In this document: positions 1 to 10,166 of the stretch, in pieces | How the letters are laid out: each line of letters starts with the position of its first letter | Position numbering within the stretch: the first letter of the stretch is position 1 | The notes under the pieces: generated by a model | What the model was told of the DNA's origin: nothing | Database searches by the model: none | The model's input: only the letters and a program-made list of their open reading frames with translations | Made by a program: the position numbers and the translations under genes | From: Amphiscolops sp. MND2022 | Lineage: Eukaryota | NCBI GenBank assembly: GCA_964187785.1 | Contig: OZ076418.1 | Span: 34,162,001 to 34,226,000 of the forward strand | Direction of reading: 5' to 3' | DNA: 64,000 nucleotides

Positions 1-56
1 ATTTTTGCAACGTGTCAGATTTTAATTGAGAATTGTTTTGCACAAGACTAACATTC

Positions 57-305
57 CTAATACCACCACAAGAACTTATCACAGCGTTTCCCTCCGTAAA
101 GTGGCGGACAAAGGCAACCTATAATGTTTTCTTCCACATGACTAAAACATTCTCCTTCAATCATACAATAGTCTTGGTACTCTTCAATGTAGGGATCGGG
201 ATTTCGTCCCACTTTTTCTGTAGTCCTTACTTGATATATAAACAAGCCAGTAGTTATGACAATAAAAAACGCTCCTACTAATACTTTTGCTAGAGTCTCA
301 CTCAT
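57..305 (-). CDS. Small EGF-like growth-factor protein with N-terminal hydrophobic anchor/signal; Cys1 replaced by Tyr
   Basis: Hydrophobic VLVGAFFIVITTGLFIY, then Y39-x7-C47-x5-C53-x10-C64-x-C66-x8-C75 with YGGKRC. This is the EGFR-ligand spacing CX7CX4-5CX10-13CXCX8C. Y39 is TAC, one transition from TGC (position 190). Confidence 0.8.
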   Translation of the reverse strand: MSETLAKVLVGAFFIVITTGLFIYQVRTTEKVGRNPDPYIEEYQDYCMIEGECFSHVEENIIGCLCPPLYGGKRCDKFLWWY

Positions 306-371
306 AACGACTGATTTGGAAAAGAAATTGTGAATATTAAAAATTCAATTTAAAACACACAATAATTACAA

Positions 372-623
372 TTATTCAAACAAACTACGATACACAGAGT
401 TTGGTATATTTTCCAGTCGTGTCCCAAATGGACGGCTCAGGCATCTATGCAGCGGTGGTGGTTGCAGGGGTCTCTGCGACTCGGGTGTTGTGGGGTACTC
501 GTTCGCTTTATCTTGTTCATCGTCAATCTCTATGGGGTAGTCTGCGCTTCCTGCAACGGGAATGTTTTCAAACAGTGACGGAGAGAAGGGAGTATCAATG
601 CCTGGTCGATACACAGCATCCAT
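372..623 (-). CDS. Hypothetical 83-aa acidic/proline-rich Polinton protein
   Basis: ATG-initiated and co-oriented in the tightly packed cassette; no recognisable domain. Confidence 0.55.
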   Translation of the reverse strand: MDAVYRPGIDTPFSPSLFENIPVAGSADYPIEIDDEQDKANEYPTTPESQRPLQPPPLHRCLSRPFGTRLENIPNSVYRSLFE

Positions 624-650
624 GTCTATGTTCGGATTCTCCCAATGGAA

Positions 651-950
651 CTAAATATCATCCAAGTCACTGGGAGCGAAATCGCTGCTTACATCGTGGT
701 CACCAACGCTGGCCCGGACCTCGTCTTGCATCTCCCACGTGCCTTGCTGATTGGGAGTTATAGGGACGCGAGCTAAATGGTTGTCCAGGAACTGTTGTCT
801 TTGATTTATCAAAGAGTTGAAGGCTGCGATTGGAAGTTCCAAGGAAGAAATTGTCAAGTCTTGGACCATATCTTTCACTATGATTGTGACAGAGTCCGGT
901 GAAAAGTCCAGAGTCCACTGGGTTCCGTTGTTGGAGACTGAGAAGAACAT
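651..950 (-). CDS. Hypothetical 99-aa Polinton protein
   Basis: ATG-initiated, ~30-bp spacers to both neighbours, protein-like composition; no recognisable domain. Confidence 0.6.
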   Translation of the reverse strand: MFFSVSNNGTQWTLDFSPDSVTIIVKDMVQDLTISSLELPIAAFNSLINQRQQFLDNHLARVPITPNQQGTWEMQDEVRASVGDHDVSSDFAPSDLDDI

Positions 951-980
951 TGTTGTTGTTGTAGAGCGTCTTGATTGTAG

Positions 981-1445
981 TTAAGGTTGAAATGAAATGA
1001 ATTGTAGTTGCTTGAAAAATGACTTTTTAAGGATATTGAACAGCCAATAGGAACTTGACACGTCCACTACCCTACATGGACTTGATCTTTTTTTGCTGGT
1101 GGTTCTTTTTGCTGGTGAGCGTTGATTGGTTGGTTTTTTTCTAAGGAATTGTCGTAGAGATTCCATTCCTTTGTCGTTTTCAACTCGTTCTTTTTGTTCT
1201 CGCTCGTAACCCCTTGTCGTCTTGGCTCTGAATGAATGTATACCAGCATCTTTTAAGATTGCCTGCTGCGTTTGATCCTTAAAAAGAATACCCTGCACAA
1301 GACAATCAGCGTCACACTTTGGACAACTGTAATGATAAAGTTCTCCAGAATCCTCCTTGCAGTAATGTTCGAATATGCATTTTTGTAGCTCACATTCAGG
1401 GCAGTAAACGTCCCCGATTGTATTTATAACTGCGTTGAGGTCCAT
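981..1445 (-). CDS. Zinc-ribbon (CPEC...CPKC) protein with basic C-terminal tail
   Basis: Two CxxC pairs and a K/R-rich tail. Its ATG overlaps the upstream stop (TAATG at 1447-1443). Confidence 0.65.
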   Translation of the reverse strand: MDLNAVINTIGDVYCPECELQKCIFEHYCKEDSGELYHYSCPKCDADCLVQGILFKDQTQQAILKDAGIHSFRAKTTRGYEREQKERVENDKGMESLRQFLRKKPTNQRSPAKRTTSKKRSSPCRVVDVSSSYWLFNILKKSFFKQLQFISFQP

Positions 1446-2075
1446 TAGACGTCGTAGTTGCTTTCAATGATTCCGATCTTGCTCGATATAAAGTAGCGGT
1501 CCTTATACAGTTCGTACAATTCGTTGTAACTCAGATTGACAATTTCTGTCAATACAAACTGATTTCCCCTATATAGAAACTTTTTCAATGAGAAACAACA
1601 ATTCTGGTCTTTTTCAAAGCGGAAAGACAAACGCAAATGACAATCAGTATGCTCTTTTATGTCTAGATAATAGTGTGAGAAGAGTTCGTCCTTCCACAGC
1701 GTAAAGCCAATCTCTTGTAACGGTTTTGGTGGGGGATATAGAGTTGCCTTTCGTGCGTGGTCGTACTGTTTTTAAAAAGTTGCGCAGTCTGTTGAGGGTC
1801 GCAGCGAACTCTTTTTTCGTGATGGAATTTTCCTCTTCAAGGAAAAAGCGTTGTTGAGCTTTCAAGTCGCAAAAAATAAAGACTTTGATTGCAAATAAAT
1901 TTTTATTGGACCCCTTGCTGACTCGCACGAGACGATTGTCCGTCTTGGTAACGTCCAATATGTTGCGGTAAAAGTACGAGTCAACGTCAGCTTCGTCCAA
2001 AGTTTGTTCTGGAACGTCTTCGTAAATTGAATACAGCAAAGATAGGGATGGAAGTTGTTGTTTAACAGACATGAA
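1445..2075 (-). pseudogene. Frameshifted ~210-aa protein with two tandem PC4-like (putative ssDNA-binding) domains
   Basis: ORFs 1644-2138 and 1445-1636 join through one frameshift near 1750; the alternative frame reads TLYPPPKPLQEIGFTLWKDELFSHYYLDIKEHTDCHLRLSFR. The halves align (LDVTKTDNRLVRVSK/FAIKVFIF/SITKKEF vs LDIKEHTDCHLRLSF/FSLKKFLY/NLSYNEL). The PC4 fold is inferred from the strand-strand-helix pattern. Confidence 0.55.
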
Positions 2076-2318
2076 CTGCTCTAAAAGAAAGTTTAAAATA
2101 AAATGAATAATGAAATTTAGTGTGGTGGATAAAAGCAAGGCCTACGTCGCCGCAATATTATGACAATGCGATAAACAGCACGTGACTTTGCTTTTAACCA
2201 CTACGCCAACAGTGTTGTTTATTTCCAATTATGGAAAGTAATTAATGGAATGCAAGATGAAAGGGTAACCAGCTGTCACCTACCCACGCTACTAATCTTT
2301 TATCGTTGGATAATTAAT

Positions 2319-2488
2319 CCAATTGAGAGGTTTTCCCAGACTTATCGGCGTTTTTGCGAGAGAATTTGTTCCACTTGAGTAATTTTCTCAGACACTGGGG
2401 CGTCCCTTGAGGGAAATATGATCCACTTGAGTGGTTTTCGCAGACAGTGTGGCGTCCCCTGTGGGAAACGTGTTCCATTTGAGCAATT
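2319..2488. repeat. 52-bp tandem repeat (~3.3 copies) in the divergent promoter region of the Polinton
   Basis: Units start CCA(A/C/T)TTGAG at 2319, 2371, 2423 and 2475, an exact 52-bp period. Confidence 0.8.
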
Positions 2489-2788
2489 AATTTTCAGGGC
2501 TAGTGGGTAAATACTTTTTTCTTTTATTGTAGGTTAACTATTCCTTTTATGGTTCAGTGACTCACACTTTCCATATATGGTTGACCAATTAAATGAAATC
2601 AATTTTCAGCCATTTTGATTTCATTTTTCATTTCACATTTCTCCGATCTAGTTGCTTGCTGTCAGATTAAAACTTGTTACATTTTTTTGTTACAAATCTA
2701 CTTGCTTGCTTCCAGATACTTACATTTTTTTCGGTACAATCCCATTTACTTGCTTTCAGATAAAGTCTTGTTACATTATCTGCTCGAG

Positions 2789-5700
2789 ATGCCTGCTCTT
2801 GATCGAAATGAAAAACTTGCCTGCGACAATTGTGGCACTCAAGTATCCAAGAATAACTTGACAAGACATAAAAAGAGGTGTTCCGCTGGGACATTATATT
2901 GCTCTCAATGCCCCAATTTCTCTGCAAAGTCCCAAAATGACTTTAATTACCACATTGCAAAGCAGCATGGAGCTCCCAAGCCTAAAATTGCACACACTTG
3001 TAAAGTGTGTAAAGAAGAATATACTGGTTTTTATGCACTACGACAACACAAAAGTAAAGTGCATGGGCAGAGTTTTAAAACAAGTGGCGATTCTACTCCC
3101 CTCTTTGATGCTATCGATGATGATAATCTCAAGGAAGAACTACTTGCCTGTCAACATTTCCTTGTTGATTCGCAATTGGAAAAAGGACGTCAGAGAGTTT
3201 TCAATTTTGCATTGGATTCTTTTAGTGCTGAAAAAATCAACTCAAAGCTGGATTATGTCTTTCAACAACTCAAATGTGCTGCAAAAATTAATCTGGCTTT
3301 TGGATTTGTTTTAAAAAATATCGAAGATGTTAGTTGTTGTTATTTTTTTGCACACGAGAATAACACTCTGTTGGAGAAGTCTAAATTGTTGAGTACTGGA
3401 GACGACTTGGAACACATTAAAACATCACTCGCTGGGACGGATGTCATTGAATCTTGTGCACGTGAACGAGTCAACACAAAGTGGAAATTCCTTAAACTAA
3501 CAAATGTGACAATCTTTGCTGCCCTACTCAAAGATATTCCAATGGGTTGTAAGGATGCAGTGCTGCCTGAACCTCTATTAAAAAATCGGACTGTCAACTG
3601 CCTCACTTTTGAGCAAAACACAAGGCAACCTTATAATGACAATTTATTTATGCTTGTTCAGAGCCTTGTGCTTACACTTGCACAGAAACGAACGGCTAGA
3701 AGAGGAGACAAACAAACTGTTTATCCTCTATCTCCAAAAGAAAGACGGAATTGAGGCAGCGTCATTTCAAGGTGTTGGCATGGATGATATACCAACAGTA
3801 GAGGAAATATCTGGACTCAAAATGTTCCTTTACGATGTTGACATTGTAGAAGGATCTATTGTCGGTGAGCTGGCGAGAAGGAGTGTACAGAAGCATCCCA
3901 AAACTGTTAGGTTGTTACGCTATAACAGTCACATTTGCTATGTAGCAAACATCCACGCGCTGTTTAACGCTTTCCGTTGCCCGACGTGTGATTGTTACTT
4001 TAATCGTCCAGGCAATCTTGAACGTTATTTACCCACTTGTCAAGAGAGAGTGAAACAAGTGTATCCAAAAACTGTGTATCAGTTGAAAGAAACACTTTTT
4101 CACAAGTTGGATTCCTTCAATATACCTTACACTGTCGAGCAGCAACTGTTTAAGAATGTTGCAATATTTGATTTCGAGTCAATTTGTGTACGGGAAGCTG
4201 GCTTCAAAGACACAGAGACACCAAGATGGATTGGAAAACATGTTCCGATATCTGTATCAATCTCCTCCAACTTATTACAAGAGCCCATTTTAATTTGCAA
4301 CTCCAACCCGCGTGATCTAGTGTCATCTTTTGTGAATGCATTGGAAAGTCTGGCAGCTCAGAGCAAAGCTCAGATGCGAATGAGTTTCCTCGAGATAGAA
4401 ACTGCAATAGAGAGTAGACTCTCACATGTAATGGGACTGTTGAACGAGCGTCGATCGAGGCGAGAAGCTACATTTACATTTGAAGATGAGTGTTGTGAAG
4501 CAGAGGAGTCATCAGAGGGGAAAGACGTATCTACACAGTTCCTACATATGCAAAAGAAGCAGTTGATTCAATTGCAGGAACACTTTGAAAGATACTGCAA
4601 TGTACTGCCAGTGTTTGTTTTCAACAGCGGGATGTATGTCATTAACCTGATCAAGAAGTATCTCTTGCCAATACTCGTGGAGGACAAAGATATTGAACCT
4701 ATTGTGATCAAGAAGGCAAACCAATACGTGTCATTCAAGTTTGGTGATGTTCAATTATTGGACATTCTGAACTTTCTTGGAGGTGCAACTAACCTTGACT
4801 CTTTCCTTAAGGCATACAAGACGGAGGAGACAAAAGGTTTTTTCCCCTATGAATGGTTCGATGACGCGGAGAAACTATCACTCGATCATATTCCCCCGTA
4901 TGAATGCTTTTACAGCAAACTGCGCAATTATAATCCATTAGAGAAGGAGTATCTGGATTACGAGAAGTTAGTGCAGACTGGTTTGTCACAAGAGTCTGCA
5001 ATGCAAAAACTGCGCAAACCTCGTCAGCCACTTACGGGAGAGCAAAATTATGCGTATCTCGTTGAAGTATGGGAAAGAGAAAAAATGACAACATTTAAGG
5101 ATTTCTTGCGCTGGTACAACAACAAAGATGTCTTTCCCACACTTGAAGCAATGCAGAAGATGATTGATTTTTATCACAATAAAGGAATTCATATATTACA
5201 GTTGGGTTGTACTCTACCAAATGTAGCAAACATTTGCCTACATAAGTCTACCCGTGCCAAATTCTACCCCTTCACTGAAACTGACAAGGACTTGCTGGAG
5301 AAAATTAGAGAGGATATGGTCGGTGGTCCCTCTATTGTTTTTACACGCAGAGCTGTAGTGGGCGAGAATTTATCCGCAAATCGCAAAATGTGTGCAAGTC
5401 CATTGTTGGCATTGACGCTAGTCAACTTTATCCGTTTTCAATGTGTCAACCCATGCCTACCGGTCTCTACACCCGATACGAATACGACTCTGATTCGCAA
5501 CGATTCAAGCCTCGTCAAAACAAAACACGCAGCTTTGAAAATATGGTCATGTCTTATTTTCAACGTCTTCGCCCCGAATATAAAATTGAGAGCAATATTA
5601 CTACCGGAACCCAAAAGAAAATTGATTGCTTCAGTGCTGACGGTTTTTGTAGTCACTGCAATACAGTCTTTGAAGCCATGGGTTGCTACTACCATTACTG

Positions 5701-7117
5701 TCCCTGTCAGGAGACGCGTCCATCTCTGAGCGACAAAGAAATGGAGCGCGGTAATAAACGACGAGAAATGGACGAAATGCGGAGAGATTACATTCGTGGA
5801 GAAGGATTTAAAATTGTGGAAATGTGGGAGTGTGAATGGTGGAAGCTCTTCAACACGGAACCCCTTGTCAAGCAGCATCTCAGAGATATGTTTCCATACA
5901 AGTTACCGCTAAGAGAGGAAGGTTTGCTGCAACGCATCAAAGATGGAAACTTGTTTGGTTATGTGCAATGCGATATCGAAGTGCCGGAACATCTGAGGGA
6001 GAAATTTGCAAACTTTCCACCCATTTTCAAAAATACAGACGTTAGCAGAGATGACATTGGACCTTTAATGAAAGAGTATGCTGAAAAAAACAACCATCTT
6101 TCTCAACCTCGCCGAATGTTGATATCAAGTTTCCATCTAAAGAATGGTACTTTGATCACTCCGCTATTTTTATTTTATTTGGGTTTGGGACTGGTCTGCA
6201 CAAAAAAAAACCGCTTTTAGGAATATACTCCAATGAAATGCTTCAACAAGTTTGTGCAGTCAGCAGTGAATGCTAGACGAGAGGGTGATGAAAACCCAAC
6301 TTCAACTGTTGTTGCAGAGACAATGAAGCTGCTTGCCAACAGCTCCTATGGTTATCAGATTATGGACAGGAGTCGCCACACAGTGACAAAGTATCTGAAC
6401 GATGAAAAAACCCATGCAGCAATAAACAACAAATTGTTTAAACGACTGAATTGCATAAATAACAATTTATACGAGGTTGAACTTGCTAAAGTTGAGGTAG
6501 AGCATAAAGAACGCATCATTGTTGGGTTTTTTATTTTGCAGTATGCAAAGCTGAGACAGCTTCGAACTGTACTACAATTTCTTTAAAGAGTTTTGCAATG
6601 AAGTTATGTATGAAGAAATGGAAATGGACACAGACTCACTCTATCTAGCGTTAGCGGAAAACAGTATGTATGATTGTATTCAAGAAGACAAGAAGGAAGT
6701 GTGGGAGTTTCTCCGCAGTGAAGACTGCAATGACAATTTTGTAGCGGATTCCAGTGGTAACTTTTTCCCACGCACGTGCTGTGAAAAGCACAAGAAATAC
6801 GACAAGAGAGAACCAAGTCTTTCTGAAGAGGAGCTCCGCTGCGCTGAAATGTTGTGTCTCTGTAGCAGTCGGACAAGTACAAATTCAGTAGCAAAGGACT
6901 GAACAAGCGTACCATTGAAGACTGTGGCGATGGACCAATGACCAAATATCGGAGAGTCCTAGCTGATCAAGATAACGTAACGAGCGCCGACAGAGGTTTC
7001 AGAACTAAAGACCACAGTATTGCAACATATGAACAGACAAAAAAGGGATTCCCTTACTTTTATCCAAAACGAATAGTTGAGGAGGATGGAATCCACACTG
7101 TTCCCTTAAACCTTTAA
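2789..7117 (+). pseudogene. polB: Protein-primed family-B DNA polymerase (Polinton type) with N-terminal zinc fingers and inserted Vsr/PD-(D/E)xK-like domain; about five frameshift/stop lesions
   Basis: ExoI IFDFES, ExoIII YNNKDV, IREDMVGGPSIVF, motif A GIDASQLYPFSM, motif B KLLANSSYG, motif C MDTDSLY, C-terminus YFYPKRIVEEDGIHTVPLNL* (TAA 7115-7117). Three CxxC...H...H/C fingers follow the ATG at 2789. ADGF..NTVFEAMGCYYHYCPC...IVEMWECEW is the endonuclease-like insert. Confidence 0.93.
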
Positions 7118-7250
7118 AAGACAATTTTGTAAATTGATAATTTCTCCTAAGTAGGTATAGTACATTTATACATTATAATTTAATTTTTTTTCTATTTAAA
7201 CATGACTTTTTTCCTCTACAGAGTAGTCAAGTAAATAGCTAAACCTTTAT

Positions 7251-7749
7251 GCCGGATAAATTATTCCCGTGGCGGATAAATTTTTGCGGTGACGGATAAA
7301 ATATTCCGCAGGCGGATAAAATATTGCGCGGGCGGATAAAATATTGCTCGGGGGCGGTCGTGGCCACCAAAAAATCAATTTTTACCCAAAGTCTCACAGT
7401 GCCGAAAATGTCGCACAGTCCCGAAAAACCCTATTCCCTACCTTAAAACATTACCGAAGCTATTCCCTATCTTTATAGATTGAACACATCTTTATACATT
7501 GACAATCACTCGGCTCCATACCAAGTCGTCAGCCAATCAGTATGGAGCACGAATACACGACTCGAGTCGTTAACCAATCAGAATCGAGCACGACTACACG
7601 ACTCGAGTCGTCAGAATCGAGCCTAAGCGAATCCAGGGGTGGAGGTCCCTTCTCGGCTCTCGGCTCCAGCCGAACGGCTATAGCCTATGTTAAAACATGG
7701 AGGGACCAACACCCCCCCCCCCACGTGATCTGCTCACCCTCTTACTACT
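7251..7749. repeat. Putative right terminal inverted repeat with internal arrays
   Basis: Five 20-bp units with core CGGATAAA (7251-7350). Two 41-bp units each carry CCAATCAG and the 14-bp palindrome ACGACTCGAGTCGT (7557-7570, 7598-7611). A poly-C run and the terminal TACTACT follow. The inner TIR boundary cannot be fixed without the left end. Confidence 0.65.
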
Positions 7750-9524
7750 GGCAGATAATGGAGAGTAACATTCGCAAGCCAACAATTTCTCAAGAAAGGA
7801 AATTTTCTTAAAGCTAACTCTTTGAATTCGCTTTTTTTAATACTAAAAGCGTCTTCGTAATTAAAGTGGAATTCGTCTATAAGTAAAACAGATTTTTGTA
7901 GATCTTGCACTGGTTTTGAGAAAACCTTTTTTTCTAAATCGTTGTCTGATATCAAATGAACCTTTGCTTCTATTTTGTTTCTCGTGACAAAATCTTTGAC
8001 AATTGTGTTTAACTGTTTTCGCTCCCAGGTTTCTTCGTTTCTTGGCACCGGAATACAGAAGTAGACCCCATCAATGCTTTCATCCAGGGCGCTTTGAAGG
8101 GCTTTCGCAAGCAACAATTGAGTTTTTCCTGATCCGGCTTCCGCTGGACAAAACAAGAGTCTAGGATCTTCGAGAATAATACCAAATTGCTGCGGGGAAA
8201 GTATGATGTCCAGTTTATGTAGAAATTCATTTGTTTTGTCATCGGAACTTTCAAGAAATTTGTTCAAAAATTTTTGCTGGCAATCGATGTACCTTGAAAA
8301 CGTACCTTGATTGCTCAATTTCTCCAACGTAGTCGTACATACTCGGACCTGGGCCCATTTTTTGTATGATTTCTCTTTCGTTTAGGCTTAAGGTGCGAAA
8401 TATGTAGCTTGGCTCAATGAAAAAATGTTTTTTTTTCAAATGTACTACGATGATGAAAATTCAGAAAGAGATTAACCTGTTCACAGTTACCGAAAAACAC
8501 TCTTTTGCAATTATGGAGTAAAAGTTGCGTTTTTGTTCGTCATTAATCTGACTTACTTTATGATCGCTAAGAAAACACTGCCCACTTTCTCTCAGAGCGT
8601 TAATCAAACAAATGGTCCATATTAATTTAGCAGCCTAATTCTAGGTATTTTTTTGTTTCTTGAATCTTTCCGTTGGGACTTTTCGCCAAGCATTGTCCTA
8701 AACTTTTTTTTTATTATCAACAATTCAAAAGCTCGTATAAGAGTAATTCAATCACAGAACTTGTCTACTTTTCTCTAATGACATCTATATTAATTGTAAA
8801 ACGACACTTATAAGATTACCGATGTTGTTTTTGTTCAAAATGCGTGACAAAAAAGAGCCCCACCAGGAAGTAGCCCAGGACATTCAAAATGTTCCAGTAG
8901 ATCTTGTCCCGGCTTCAAAGGATACAGTTTTGTGTTTTTTATTCTGTCGAAATCTGGCAATGTGATCAGAGTAGAACCCAATCTCGAGAAATATTGATCA
9001 CAGAAAAGTTTCAAATCAGCATCACTGTGCAATGAGACGGACAGAGAACGTTCTCTGCTGATACCAGCATCACTTTGGAAAACATTTTTCCGAAGGTACA
9101 ACTCCTTCTCACTGGGAACAACCGAATGAAGTTTGTCGATGTCTACTGTGTCCATGATGCCACTACCAATAAGAGTCTGAGGTATCAACGATTTGATAGC
9201 ATCAGGGTCCAAAAATTTGTGAACTTTGGAACCGTTGATATTCTTTCGCGTATATCTCACTTTGTGCATAGTTAGCAGAAAGCATTGCACTTTAATTTTT
9301 TCTAAACAGTCATTGCGTTGGTCGTCGGTGAAGTTTTCTTCCGTTTCGTCGAAACAAACAAAGCACAAAAAGGTCGGAGTAACTGTAGTTTGAAAAACAT
9401 CACTCAAAATATTTGTCTGGATGGCTATTTCATGGCAGGTTTTTTGGGCTCTTTCAATAATTGACTGTTTTCCACTAGTGGCAATGCAGTTCACAAAGAG
9501 AACCACCGTTTTTTGACTCGTCAT
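7750..9524 (-). pseudogene. P-loop NTPase gene (SF1-helicase/Schlafen-DUF2075-like), disrupted and truncated by the Polinton
   Basis: Q-motif-like LSPQQ, Walker A PAEAGSGKT and Walker B VLLIDEF in ORF 7734-8327. Upstream fragments are 8251-8439 and 8835-9524. The last residues of the ORF (VVRG*) come from Polinton terminal sequence. Confidence 0.7.
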
Positions 9525-9771
9525 CAGAAAGGCTGAGCAATCCAGAATGTCAGCTAAAACGAGACTTCAAGAGACTCACAAAACGGCAAGTGAGGCAAGA
9601 CAACCAGTTACATGGACATTGCTAGTGAACGTTTTGCAACATTGCCGCTTGCTACTAGGGTATATCTGCTACGAGGTACTTTGGTACTAAGTCTAACTTA
9701 TTATTTTCCGCCCTCACAATTTATAATGTAGACGCAGGAAAATCGTCATCTGTGTAGCCTTGGTTCGGGAG

Positions 9772-9890
9772 ACGGAAATTTCGTCGCCAGAAATTTTGTC
9801 GTCAAGAAATTTCGGCGAAGCAAATTTCGTCGTATTAGCAAATCCAGAAATTTCGTCGTCAGAAAATTCGTCGTCAGAAATTTTGTGGTA
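9772..9890 (+). repeat. ~15-bp minisatellite (GAAATTTCGTCGTCA), ~7 degenerate copies
   Basis: Directly visible; a related array lies in the opposite orientation at 29826-29918. Confidence 0.75.
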
Positions 9891-10049
9891 TTGATTAGAA
9901 TTAACAACGTTTACGAAAAGATATCATTTGAATTATTCATTATTCAAATATTTAATTATTAAAACGAAATCTTAGAAACAAGATTCATTTTGACACCAAA
10001 ATTGAGACAAAAAGTTAATTGCATTCAATCAACTCATCAAGACGCATAT

Positions 10050-10166
10050 TGAGCAATTGTATATTTTCAGTCCTACCGGTGAAAATACATAGCGGGGCAT
10101 GTATGAGCTCATGCATACAATGAGCAATTGTATATTTTCAGTCCTACCGGTGAAAATACATAGCGG
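10050..10166. repeat. 46-bp perfect direct repeat, two copies 71 bp apart
   Basis: TGAGCAATTGTATATTTTCAGTCCTACCGGTGAAAATACATAGCGG at 10050-10095 and 10121-10166. Confidence 0.85.

Larger units (their letters stand above)
1..7749. mobile_element. Polinton/Maverick (adintovirus-like) element, right arm; left part lies outside the window
   Basis: Contains a protein-primed PolB and a compact intronless gene cassette. The terminus reads AGTAGTAAGAGGG on the minus strand from 7749, the AG/AGT-repeat end typical of Polintons. The flanking NTPase ORF is cut exactly there. No integrase, packaging ATPase, capsid or protease is visible in the window. Confidence 0.85.

Noticed and set aside
401-763. 120-aa plus-strand ORF
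   Set aside because: Antisense shadow of the two minus-strand cassette genes.
2615-3754. Stand-alone host C2H2 zinc-finger gene
   Set aside because: The frame continues into Polinton PolB N-terminal sequence and joins the next ORF by frameshift; the probable start is the ATG at 2789, not 2615.
7542-7811. 89-aa ORF
   Set aside because: Spans the TIR repeats and the insertion junction; non-coding origin.
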